From: a virus
Virus record (IMG/VR): IMGVR_UViG_3300023435_000002
Location: 1 to 59,445 of that record
DNA length: 59,445 bases
Direction: 5' to 3' (one strand)
In this document: positions 7,205 through 16,048 of the stretch, piece by piece
How positions within the stretch are numbered: position 1 is the first letter of the stretch
How the letters are laid out: each line of letters starts with the position of its first letter
Position numbers and translations under genes: made by a program
Notes under the pieces: model-generated
Database searches by the model: none
Seen by the model: the letters and a program-made list of their open reading frames with translations, nothing else
What the model was told of the DNA's origin: nothing

Positions 7205-8616
7205 TGCACGAAATCTTCCGGTCAATTCAAGGGGAATCTACATACTCAGGTAAACCATGTATATTTGTAAGACTTGCTGGTTGCAATCTAAATTGTAGTT
7301 ATTGTCTTGTTGGTAATACTAAAATATTAACACCATTTAATAAATGTAGAAAGGGTATAAAAATAAAAGACTTAAAAAAAGGTGATAAAGTATTTTCTTT
7401 TAATGAAAAAAATAAAAAAATAGAAATAGATACAATAAAAAAAACTTTTTGTCGAGAAGTAAATGAGGTTCTTAAAATAACATTTAAGGATGGATGTAAT
7501 CAAAACGATAGAATATATACAACAAGTGAACATCCTTTTTATGTAGAAGGTAAGTGGATTACAGCTGGAAATTTAAAAATTAATGATGAACTTTGGTTTG
7601 CTGAATCTGTGAAAATTGAAAAAATAAAAAAAGGAAGAGCAAGATTATTTGGAAAAGATAATCCCAACTGGCGAGGAGGTATAGAACAAGCAAAATATAC
7701 TCATTGTCATAAAGAATGGAAACTAATGAGACAAAAAATACTAAAACGAGATGAATATACTTGTAAAAAATGTAAGTCAAAGGAAGACTTAGTGGTACAC
7801 CATATTGATTTTAATACAAGCCATAATACTGAAGATAATCTATGTGTATTATGTAGAAAATGTAATAGTAGTATAAATCATGGAAGATATGATTTTAAAA
7901 TACATAATGGAAAACAAATCATTAAGATAGAAAAAATATCAATAGATTCAAATAAAAAAGCATATATAAGACTATCAGGAAGTCAGAATAAAAAAATAAA
8001 AGTTTATAATATTGAAACTGAAAAAAATAATAATTATTTTGCTCCACGGGTTTTAGTACATAATTGTGATACAAAATATTCAGTTAGAACCTCACAAGGA
8101 AAGATAAAAAGTGTTCGTCAAGTATTTAGTGAAGTAAAAGCATTATATAAAGATGGAGATATAGTTGAGATTACAGGTGGAGAACCAATGTTACAAAAGA
8201 AAGAAGTGTTGGAACTTTCAAGAAAAATAATAAATAAATTGCAAGCTACAGTTTTAATAGAAACAAATGGTAGTATTTTATTAGAAAGAATATCCGAAGA
8301 ACCATATAATATTATTTACATAATGGATTGGAAATGTCCTAGTAGTGGAATGAATGATAAAATGGAATATGTTAATTTAGAAAGACTTACAGAATTTGAT
8401 GAGTTAAAATTTGTAATCGGAACACAAGAAGATTATGATGAAATGAAAAGAATAATTACTAAGTATAATCCAAGGTGTACAATACTAGCGAGTACAGTTT
8501 GGAATAAAATAAAGAGAGAAGATGTAGTAAAACAAATATTAGCAGACGGACTAAATGTTACATTTCAAGTCCAGATACATAAAATAATTTGGGATAAGAA
8601 TAAGAGGGGTGTTTAA
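7204..8616 (+). CDS. queE: 7-carboxy-7-deazaguanine synthase (radical SAM), interrupted by an intein
   Basis: GTG start. EIFRSIQGES...RLAGCNLNCSY-[254 aa]-CDTKY. Removing the insert restores CNLNCSYCDTKY. Confidence 0.85.
   Translation: MHEIFRSIQGESTYSGKPCIFVRLAGCNLNCSYCLVGNTKILTPFNKCRKGIKIKDLKKGDKVFSFNEKNKKIEIDTIKKTFCREVNEVLKITFKDGCNQNDRIYTTSEHPFYVEGKWITAGNLKINDELWFAESVKIEKIKKGRARLFGKDNPNWRGGIEQAKYTHCHKEWKLMRQKILKRDEYTCKKCKSKEDLVVHHIDFNTSHNTEDNLCVLCRKCNSSINHGRYDFKIHNGKQIIKIEKISIDSNKKAYIRLSGSQNKKIKVYNIETEKNNNYFAPRVLVHNCDTKYSVRTSQGKIKSVRQVFSEVKALYKDGDIVEITGGEPMLQKKEVLELSRKIINKLQATVLIETNGSILLERISEEPYNIIYIMDWKCPSSGMNDKMEYVNLERLTEFDELKFVIGTQEDYDEMKRIITKYNPRCTILASTVWNKIKREDVVKQILADGLNVTFQVQIHKIIWDKNKRGV
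7303..8064 (+). mobile_element. Intein (254 aa) with an HNH endonuclease domain
   Basis: Starts CLVGNTKILT. Has block-B-like TSEHPFY. Ends KVYNIETEKNNNYFAPRVLVHN, followed by Cys+1. The internal domain reads CKKC...HHIDFN...EDNLCVLCRKCN (HNH). Confidence 0.8.
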
Positions 8617-8617
8617 G

Positions 8618-8746
8618 ATGAAAAAGGAAAAAAATATAAATACTATAGAAGAGTTATTAAGAAGTAGAAGAAAATACCCACTAGCTACATTATCATTAAT
8701 TAAAGATATTGCAAGAAGAGTTAAAACATTGGAGAAGAAAAAATGA
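8618..8746 (+). CDS. Small ORF, 42 aa, hypothetical
   Basis: The ATG lies 2 nt after the queE stop. ATGA overlap with the next gene. Confidence 0.35.
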   Translation: MKKEKNINTIEELLRSRRKYPLATLSLIKDIARRVKTLEKKK

Positions 8747-9144
8747 AAAATAAAATATACATGAGTTGGGAAGATTTTGGATTAGCTCTTGATGAGTTAG
8801 TTGAAGAGATTGATGATAATTCTTTTGTAGATTATGATGGAGTATTTGGAATGCCAAGAGGTGGACTTCCCGTTGCAGTAGCTCTTTCTCATAAGTTAAA
8901 TTTACCATTAGTATATAATGCAGAAGATATTACAAATAATACATTAGTTGCTGATGATATAAATGATACTGGTAATACTCTTAATGAAATTTCTAAATGT
9001 AATGATATTGCTACAATATATCAAGCTCCGTGGTCGAGTTTCACTTCAAACTTTTTTGTAAGACATAAAGTATCAAAAGATACTTGGATTATATTTCCTT
9101 GGGAAGATTGGGAAACAGAATTAAATACGGAGGATTCGGAATAA
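8743..9144 (+). CDS. Type I phosphoribosyltransferase, Gpt-like (xanthine/guanine PRTase family)
   Basis: YMSWEDF..., PRGGL, VADDINDTGNT (PRPP loop) and KDTWIIFPWE parallel the E. coli Gpt layout as I recall it. Confidence 0.7.
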   Translation: MKNKIYMSWEDFGLALDELVEEIDDNSFVDYDGVFGMPRGGLPVAVALSHKLNLPLVYNAEDITNNTLVADDINDTGNTLNEISKCNDIATIYQAPWSSFTSNFFVRHKVSKDTWIIFPWEDWETELNTEDSE

Positions 9145-9187
9145 TGGAAGAAGTACAAACTACTATACCAGATTTTGAATAATCATA

Positions 9188-9853
9188 ATGTTAGATAAAA
9201 GTAAGTGTGATGTAAAACTTGGAAAGAAGGTGAATAAATATTTAATTAAAAAAAGGGTACAAACTCCTATGAGTCACGATATTTTTTGTGAGGATGATAA
9301 GTTATCAGTAATTGAAGGTGAGATGAGATGTATAATGGAAATGCTTGGATTAGACTTAGAGGATGACAGTCTAAAAGAAACTCCTAAAAGAGTTGCTAAG
9401 ATGTTTGTTAATGAATTATTTTGGGGATTAGAAGAATGTAATTTTCCTAAATGTACAGTTGTGGATAATAAAATGAAATATGATGAGATGGTTTTAGAAA
9501 AGAATATTAAAAGTATGAGTAATTGTGAGCATCATTTTGTAACTATTGATGGAGTGGCTCATATTGCATATATACCAAATAAAAAGGTTCTTGGATTAAG
9601 CAAATTAAATAGAATAGTAGAATACTTTAGTAGACGACCACAAATACAAGAACGATTAACCGAACAAATATTTTATGCTTTAGAGTGTATTTTAGGAACT
9701 TCCGATATTGCAATAGTAATGGAAGGAGAGCATTATTGTGTAAAAAGTAGAGGGGTGGAAGATATTAATAGTAGTACAATCACGAGTAAATTAGGAGGAG
9801 TATTCAAAACAAAGCCAACAGTAAGAGCTGAGTTTATGAGTTTAATAAAATGA
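9188..9853 (+). CDS. folE: GTP cyclohydrolase I
   Basis: ETPKRVAKMF, SNCEHHF, SRRPQIQERLT, EGEHYCVKSRG. Confidence 0.9.
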   Translation: MLDKSKCDVKLGKKVNKYLIKKRVQTPMSHDIFCEDDKLSVIEGEMRCIMEMLGLDLEDDSLKETPKRVAKMFVNELFWGLEECNFPKCTVVDNKMKYDEMVLEKNIKSMSNCEHHFVTIDGVAHIAYIPNKKVLGLSKLNRIVEYFSRRPQIQERLTEQIFYALECILGTSDIAIVMEGEHYCVKSRGVEDINSSTITSKLGGVFKTKPTVRAEFMSLIK

Positions 9854-10569
9854 TTACAATAAAAAAGAATATTAAAGAATTTATTTCTCTTTTAGATATT
9901 ATAAAAAATGTTGCTGCAGAAACTAATTTTGAATTTAGAGAAGAAGGATTGTTTGTAAGGTTTGCTCATTTGTCTGGTTTTTCATTAGGACTTCTAACAT
10001 TAAAGAAAAGTTTCTTTGATGAATATACCATGCCAAAAGAAACTATAATTGCAATTGATACTCTTTTATTTTATAAGATTATTAAAAAATTAGGAAAGAA
10101 AGAATTAAAAATTGAGATTACAGAGAATGGATGTGAAATAAAGGTTGTTTCAGGTAAGTCTTTTTTTGCATTGAAAACTTATACAGTTCCAAAGGATGAG
10201 CGGGATATTCCAAAACCAAACTATGAATCTTCATGGACAATTGATTGTATGGATTTTTTTAATTTAATAACAGAACATTTAGAATTTACTACTGTAGCAA
10301 GATTTGAAAGTAAAGATGATACGTTAAAAACTACAATAAAATCAAATATGATTTCAGGAGAAGTATTTACTACAGCTGTGCCAATATTAAAATGTGACAC
10401 TTTTGCTTTTTATGACATTAGTTATTTAGTTACAGTATTGGGTATAAAATCAATGGTTGATAAAATTGAATTTTCTTTTGGAAAAGATGTACCTTGTAAA
10501 GTTGGATGTCACAATGAAGATATTACATTTGAATGGTATTTGGCTCCTAGAGTGGGGGACGAGGATTAA
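9850..10569 (+). CDS. PCNA-like sliding clamp
   Basis: 239 aa. The N-terminus FISLLDIIKNVAAETNFEFREEGLFVRFAHLSGFSLGLLTL follows the PCNA pattern, and size and position fit. ATGA overlap with folE. Confidence 0.6.
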   Translation: MITIKKNIKEFISLLDIIKNVAAETNFEFREEGLFVRFAHLSGFSLGLLTLKKSFFDEYTMPKETIIAIDTLLFYKIIKKLGKKELKIEITENGCEIKVVSGKSFFALKTYTVPKDERDIPKPNYESSWTIDCMDFFNLITEHLEFTTVARFESKDDTLKTTIKSNMISGEVFTTAVPILKCDTFAFYDISYLVTVLGIKSMVDKIEFSFGKDVPCKVGCHNEDITFEWYLAPRVGDED

Positions 10570-10902
10570 ATGTCAAGCTTTATTTGGATTACTACACAAT
10601 TTGAAGGATTTCACAAATATCCAGACGCACCTGATGAAGTTAAATTTTTAAAATTAACTCATAGACATATATTTAAATTAAAAGTATGGATTGAAGTTTT
10701 TCATGATGATAGAGATATTGAATTCTTTATTTTTAAAAAATATGTAAATACTTTAATTAGTGAATCCAACTTGGATTATATGAGTTGTGAAATGATTAGT
10801 GATAAATTACAAGGGATAATAACTAAAAAATATCCTGATAGAAAAATAAAAATTGAAGTATCAGAAGATGGTGAAAATGGGAGTTATATAGAATATGAAT
10901 GA
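10570..10902 (+). CDS. QueD/PTPS-like T-fold paralog lacking the catalytic Cys
   Basis: TTQFEGFHKYPDAPDEVKFLKLTHRHIFKLKVWIEV aligns by eye to the QueD FxxAHxL...C..LHGHxF segment. It has HRH in place of HGH and no Cys. Confidence 0.45.
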   Translation: MSSFIWITTQFEGFHKYPDAPDEVKFLKLTHRHIFKLKVWIEVFHDDRDIEFFIFKKYVNTLISESNLDYMSCEMISDKLQGIITKKYPDRKIKIEVSEDGENGSYIEYE

Positions 10903-11329
10903 TTTTTGGATTGGTACTGAGATGGAAGGTAGATTCACTGGATTAAGAACATTATTTATTAAGGGTGACCAAAATTTATCTGATATAGTTAAAATATTGA
11001 ATTCTTATAAAGTAATTTCTCATTTATATTTTGGTGCTGGACATCAATATCCTGTTTTTAGATATAATAGAATGATGGAGTTAGTTGATAAAGGATATGT
11101 AATAACATTTGAAATATCAAATGAATGTTTACAATTTGTACCACATCATATTATTAAATGTAAACAAATTCATATGATAGTTACATTTAAAAATAAGAAT
11201 GTTGCTTTATTAAAACCAACAGACACAATCAAAGTTGAGGATAGAACTAATGTTTATGCAACATCATTATGCACTATGTACCATACTGATAAAAATGTGG
11301 CATATGAAGGGGATGTGGTTATAAAATGA
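10895..11329 (+). CDS. Hypothetical protein (144 aa) inside the deazaguanine island
   Basis: ORF track. Overlaps both neighbours. I recognise no motif. Confidence 0.6.
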   Translation: MNDFWIGTEMEGRFTGLRTLFIKGDQNLSDIVKILNSYKVISHLYFGAGHQYPVFRYNRMMELVDKGYVITFEISNECLQFVPHHIIKCKQIHMIVTFKNKNVALLKPTDTIKVEDRTNVYATSLCTMYHTDKNVAYEGDVVIK

Positions 11330-12477
11330 GTACTGTATGGTATTTACCTTTGGAAATTGTAAGTAGTAGGTATACTCAACAACTTTGTGGAAAATGGATA
11401 CCTGACGGTATTAAACAATATATTAAATCAGAGGATACTTTTAAAGTAATAGAAGGTACTTCAATTGATACAGAAATTAAAGTTGGTTGTGTATTGGATG
11501 CAACTGGTAGAGGAATTTATAGTTTAACACAAGTTGCAAAGTTTTTAGAAGAAATAAGAAATGGTAATGTTAAGGATAATGATATTGTTTATATTCAGGA
11601 TATGTGGACACCAGGAATAGAGGCAATTCAATATGCAATTGATTTATATAAAATGAAATTAAAAATATATACAATGTGTCACGCACAATCTGTTGATACA
11701 TATGATTTTACATATACAATGAAGGAATGGATGCGACCAATAGAATTAGGTTATGACAAAATGTTTAAATATGGTGGAATTTTTGTTGGTTCTAGTATTC
11801 ATAAAAAACAATTAAGAAAAGCTGGATTTAAAGCACCAATTTTTATAGTGAGTTTACCTTTTTGTTATAATGAAGTTAAAGAAAGAATAAAAGATTTTCC
11901 TAAAAATAATGAAAACGCAATTGTATTTTCTTCAAGATTGGATTGGGAAAAGAAACCATTATTTATGTTAAGTGTGGTAAAAAAGTTTTTAAAGAAATAT
12001 CCTGATTGGAAAATATATGTTACAACTTCAGGGAAAGAAATAAGAAGTAATCAGGAAGGTGTTGTTAAAAAATTAAGGGATTATGCAAATAAAAATAGTA
12101 GATTTATATTAAAAGAGGGAATAACAAAAGACGAATATTATAGGCTGTTGTGTTCCTCAAAAATACAATTAAATACTTCATTGCAGGATTATGTTAGTTG
12201 GACAGTAATTGAATCTACCATATGTGAATGTGATATTTGTTTTCCAGACTTTAGAAGTTTTCCTGAGTTTATTCCAAATGATAGACTTTATAAAACTTGG
12301 AAAGTAAATAGTGTACTAGAAATATTAGACAAATGTATTACTAATCCTAAAAATCATGATTGGATAGCTAAAATATCTGACTTTGGTCGTTTAACAGAAT
12401 GTAATATTATGTGTAATGATATAAAGCATGAAGTAAATGTATGGGATTCAATTCCTGATTTTATAGATGCAAATTAA
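11326..12477 (+). CDS. Putative GT-B fold glycosyltransferase
   Basis: The C-terminal half (AIVFSSRLDWEKKPLFML...KIYVTTSG...) looks like a GT-B Rossmann domain. The call is weak and based on motifs only. Confidence 0.4.
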   Translation: MSTVWYLPLEIVSSRYTQQLCGKWIPDGIKQYIKSEDTFKVIEGTSIDTEIKVGCVLDATGRGIYSLTQVAKFLEEIRNGNVKDNDIVYIQDMWTPGIEAIQYAIDLYKMKLKIYTMCHAQSVDTYDFTYTMKEWMRPIELGYDKMFKYGGIFVGSSIHKKQLRKAGFKAPIFIVSLPFCYNEVKERIKDFPKNNENAIVFSSRLDWEKKPLFMLSVVKKFLKKYPDWKIYVTTSGKEIRSNQEGVVKKLRDYANKNSRFILKEGITKDEYYRLLCSSKIQLNTSLQDYVSWTVIESTICECDICFPDFRSFPEFIPNDRLYKTWKVNSVLEILDKCITNPKNHDWIAKISDFGRLTECNIMCNDIKHEVNVWDSIPDFIDAN

Positions 12478-13612
12478 AATTCCTGAATTGAATAGTAGAT
12501 ACATTCCTGTTCATGGTGGTTATGGTCATGTAGAAAAACATATGAATTGGTGGAGTGCTGATTCTCCTTATTTATATGAATTTGGATTATTTAATTTATT
12601 ACACTTTAAAAAAGAACAGATGAATATTATTAGAGGTCAATCTCCTAATATGTTTATTTTAACTGATAGTGGAGGTTTCCAGGTTGTTTCAGGTACTTGT
12701 AATTTGAATTGGGAAACTTCAATTTTACAACAAATTAGATTAAAAGCATCAAAAATATTTTCGTTAGATAAACCAACAGTACACCAAAAGGCATCAGAGG
12801 GTTCATTAACAAATTTTGTTTACATGAATGATACGGAGGCATTTGCAACTATTAAAGATAATTTTGATGTTGCTTTAAAACAATCAAAATATTTAAAAGA
12901 AAAATACCCTGAGGAATTTAAAAAATTTTGTTATATTATGCAAGGTAAATCAATTAATCAAATTGACTATAATATGAACCTATTTAAAGAGGAATTAGGT
13001 GGTGTTGATAAGTATTTGGAATATTTTCCTGGTGGAATAGTATATGCCTCAAAGGGTGGTGATAACTTATTTATTTCTATGGCAGCAAGACATGCCTATG
13101 ATAATTTTGTTTCTAAAGGAATTTATGTACATTTTTTAGGTATGGGTTCATTTTATAGAATGATTATTTTAATTAGAAATATGATTTCAACTTTTGATAG
13201 TTCAACATTATTACAAGGTGTACGAGTAAATGAATTTATTAATCCTTTAAATTTAAATAACACATTACAATTATCATCAGAAAATTTATCTGGTTTTACG
13301 AAGGAGTTTTGTGTATGTCCTGTTTGTAGTGTAACAGATTATCATGATTTAATGAAAAATGATAAACAAGAAATTGGAAGAAAATGTACAATGCACAACC
13401 TATGGCATTTATTAAAAATGAATATATTTTTGGATTCAATTCCTAAGGACAATTACACAACTATTATAATTAAAAATTTTAAAATAAGTGATGATGTTAA
13501 ACGTTCTTTAGAATTTTTAGATTGTTGCGACCAATATGGGTTTAACATTGCCTATAATAAGTATAAACACTATCTTAAAAAAGATATAACTAAACAAACA
13601 AGTTTATTTTAA
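12467..13612 (+). CDS. dpdA: DpdA-like DNA 7-deazaguanine transglycosylase (TGT superfamily)
   Basis: LTDSGGFQV catalytic motif and CVCPVCS...TMHNLWH zinc site. At 381 aa it has no PUA or C-terminal ArcTGT domains. Confidence 0.8.
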   Translation: MQIKIPELNSRYIPVHGGYGHVEKHMNWWSADSPYLYEFGLFNLLHFKKEQMNIIRGQSPNMFILTDSGGFQVVSGTCNLNWETSILQQIRLKASKIFSLDKPTVHQKASEGSLTNFVYMNDTEAFATIKDNFDVALKQSKYLKEKYPEEFKKFCYIMQGKSINQIDYNMNLFKEELGGVDKYLEYFPGGIVYASKGGDNLFISMAARHAYDNFVSKGIYVHFLGMGSFYRMIILIRNMISTFDSSTLLQGVRVNEFINPLNLNNTLQLSSENLSGFTKEFCVCPVCSVTDYHDLMKNDKQEIGRKCTMHNLWHLLKMNIFLDSIPKDNYTTIIIKNFKISDDVKRSLEFLDCCDQYGFNIAYNKYKHYLKKDITKQTSLF

Positions 13613-13613
13613 A

Positions 13614-15512
13614 ATGATAACTAACAAAATACCTAAAAATACTCTAATTTATGATATAGAATGTGCTACTTATGGTTATGATGTTAGTGATACTAAAAAT
13701 CATAAAATGAAATTCTTTGGTGCTTATAGTTATAAAACAAAACAATATTATGTTTATCAAAATTTATCTGATATACAAAAAATAATAAATCAACATAAAT
13801 TTATTGTTGGGTTTAATACAAAAAATTATGATAATCCAATTATAGAACAATCTGGAATAGATATTACATATAAAATAAAAATAGATTTATATAAGATAAT
13901 TCAACAACGAATGAGTTCAATAAAATTTAAAGATTCAGTTTTGGCATATCATTTACCAAGTTTAAGTTTAGATGTTATTACGCAAGTCTTAGGTTTGACA
14001 GATGATAGTAGTAAGAAATTAGATTTTGATTATACTCTTTTAAATAAAGAAGAATTTATGGATGAAGAAATTACTTTAATTGAAACCTATACTAAACGAG
14101 ATATTGAAATCACTAAGAAGTTGTGGGAATATGTGGTGAACACATTTGATAGTTGGAAACATCATTTACATCCCGATGATGCTAAAAAATTAAAACATTT
14201 AAGTTGTGCTCCTAGTGTTTATGCTTATAAAGTAATATGTGATAAAGTTGGTCTTGAAGAAATTTATGATGACGATGCAGAATATACTTCAAGTTTGCGA
14301 GAAGGTGGTTATGTTGCTTATCCAGCTTGTGAAAAACTAGAAGGTAATATCTATTGCTTAGATTTTGCATCGTTGTATCCACATATAATGATTCAATGTA
14401 ATTTGTATGGTAGAAATAAACAAGTGGATTATGGTTGGCACGGTAATGATAAATTTAAAATAAATGGATATTATGAAAATAAAGATATAAATAAAATTAG
14501 TTGGGCCCTACTTCAAATTTATAAAGAAAGAAAGGAACTAAAAAAGAAAAAGGATAAAAAAGAATATGGACTGAAAATTGTAATGAATACTATTTATGGT
14601 CTACTTAGGAATCCAGTTTTTAAAAGTGTATTTGATGATGTAGCAGGAAATGATTGTTGTTTGTTAGCACAACAATGGATTAAACTAGCAATGCAAAAAT
14701 ATAAAGATGAAGGATATAATGTTTTTTATGGAGATACTGATAGTGTTTATTTGGAGGATGTTTTTAATGATGAAGAAAAAATGTTAAGACATAAGGAAGA
14801 AGTTATTGCAGACATAAAAAATAACATTCCTTTTCCACAAGATACTTTTGATATGGATATAGATTATAAAATAGATTTTATTCATTTTTTTAAAGGTGGA
14901 CATAAAAAAGAAGATTCAGAAGTTGAAGGAGATGATATAAAAAATAAGGAATTAGGTCTTATGAAAAAGAATTATATTTTTGTATATGATGATAAAGGAG
15001 AGAAAAAAGTATTTATTAAAAATTTAGGTATTGTTAAAAGAAGTAATTCTAAATTAAGTAAGAAAATATTTTGGGAAAAAATGACACCATATATTTTAAA
15101 GTCACATGTTGCAAAGTTCCCAGACCAACAAATAAAAGAATGGATACATGAGGAATTAAATAAGGATATATATCAATTATCTAAAAGAGTATCTGTTAAA
15201 AAGTTAAGTTCATATAAAAGTAAAAATTGTATGAATGCACAAGCACACGAATATATTCCAAAGGGTGAAACTTCAAAACTTGGTCCAGGATTTCATTTTT
15301 TAATTCCAAATAAAAAATTTGGTATTGGAAAAAGTATGGCGAAATATTGTACAATTCAAGAATATAAAAAATATCTTACATATAATGATTTAAATTTGAA
15401 TCCTATTTTGAAAGAATTGAAATATTTTAATTCAGAGTTTGAATTGGAAATATTAAGAAAGAAAAAATATATCCCGATTGAAAAAAGAATGGAACAAAAA
15501 GGATTATGGTAA
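13614..15512 (+). CDS. polB: Family B DNA polymerase
   Basis: Exonuclease motifs YDIECAT, FNTKNYDNPII and YTKRDIEIT. Polymerase motifs LDFASLYPHIM, KIVMNTIYG and YGDTDSVY. Confidence 0.93.
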   Translation: MITNKIPKNTLIYDIECATYGYDVSDTKNHKMKFFGAYSYKTKQYYVYQNLSDIQKIINQHKFIVGFNTKNYDNPIIEQSGIDITYKIKIDLYKIIQQRMSSIKFKDSVLAYHLPSLSLDVITQVLGLTDDSSKKLDFDYTLLNKEEFMDEEITLIETYTKRDIEITKKLWEYVVNTFDSWKHHLHPDDAKKLKHLSCAPSVYAYKVICDKVGLEEIYDDDAEYTSSLREGGYVAYPACEKLEGNIYCLDFASLYPHIMIQCNLYGRNKQVDYGWHGNDKFKINGYYENKDINKISWALLQIYKERKELKKKKDKKEYGLKIVMNTIYGLLRNPVFKSVFDDVAGNDCCLLAQQWIKLAMQKYKDEGYNVFYGDTDSVYLEDVFNDEEKMLRHKEEVIADIKNNIPFPQDTFDMDIDYKIDFIHFFKGGHKKEDSEVEGDDIKNKELGLMKKNYIFVYDDKGEKKVFIKNLGIVKRSNSKLSKKIFWEKMTPYILKSHVAKFPDQQIKEWIHEELNKDIYQLSKRVSVKKLSSYKSKNCMNAQAHEYIPKGETSKLGPGFHFLIPNKKFGIGKSMAKYCTIQEYKKYLTYNDLNLNPILKELKYFNSEFELEILRKKKYIPIEKRMEQKGLW

Positions 15513-15520
15513 AAATAACC

Positions 15521-15567
15521 CTTTATAAACATTGTTATGTTGTAGTATATATGTAAAGGTTTATAAA
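15521..15567 (+). promoter_or_regulatory. Two TATA-box candidates (TTTATAAA at 15521 and at 15560)
   Basis: Lie in the intergenic region after polB. AAAGG precedes the second box. Confidence 0.4.
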
Positions 15568-15635
15568 GTAACTAATATAATAATATATATAAGAAAACAT
15601 AATGGATAACACCATTAAAAAAAATACAAAATAAA

Positions 15636-15827
15636 ATGGAAACAAAAATAAATAAAAACAAAACGAAAACAGAAATGCTTTCGGAGTTGATGGAAGTTCA
15701 ACATAGAATAGGTGGGTATAATGGATTAGGATACCTAAAAAGTAGAAGTGTTGCAGAAGTAAAAGAGTGTTACAATGGTGCAATAGAACTTGGGATAATA
15801 AAGTCTCAAATGGAGGAAGGCAAATGA
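15636..15827 (+). CDS. Hypothetical protein
   Basis: ORF track. Ends ...QMEEGK* with the junction GGAGGAAGGCAAATGA. Confidence 0.55.
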   Translation: METKINKNKTKTEMLSELMEVQHRIGGYNGLGYLKSRSVAEVKECYNGAIELGIIKSQMEEGK

Positions 15828-16048
15828 GAATAGAAGAAGAATCAGACAATGTTGGAGACATTGTTGCTGAAGCTGAAGTAAATTTAGGGTTTGAAAAACC
15901 TTGTATTACAGAAGAAGAATTAGATGAGCAAGAAGCAGAAGAAGCACAAAACAAATGTAAGTTTTGTAATAGAGTGATTGGCGACTATGTAAGCAACTAC
16001 CATATAGGTTGCTACAGACAAATGAAAAAGTTGGAGGAAAGCAAATGA
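15824..16048 (+). CDS. Acidic protein with a CxxC...C motif
   Basis: Internal ATG of track ORF 15767, with an ATGA junction. Ends ...KLEESK*, and the junction is nearly identical to the previous one. Confidence 0.5.
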   Translation: MRIEEESDNVGDIVAEAEVNLGFEKPCITEEELDEQEAEEAQNKCKFCNRVIGDYVSNYHIGCYRQMKKLEESK

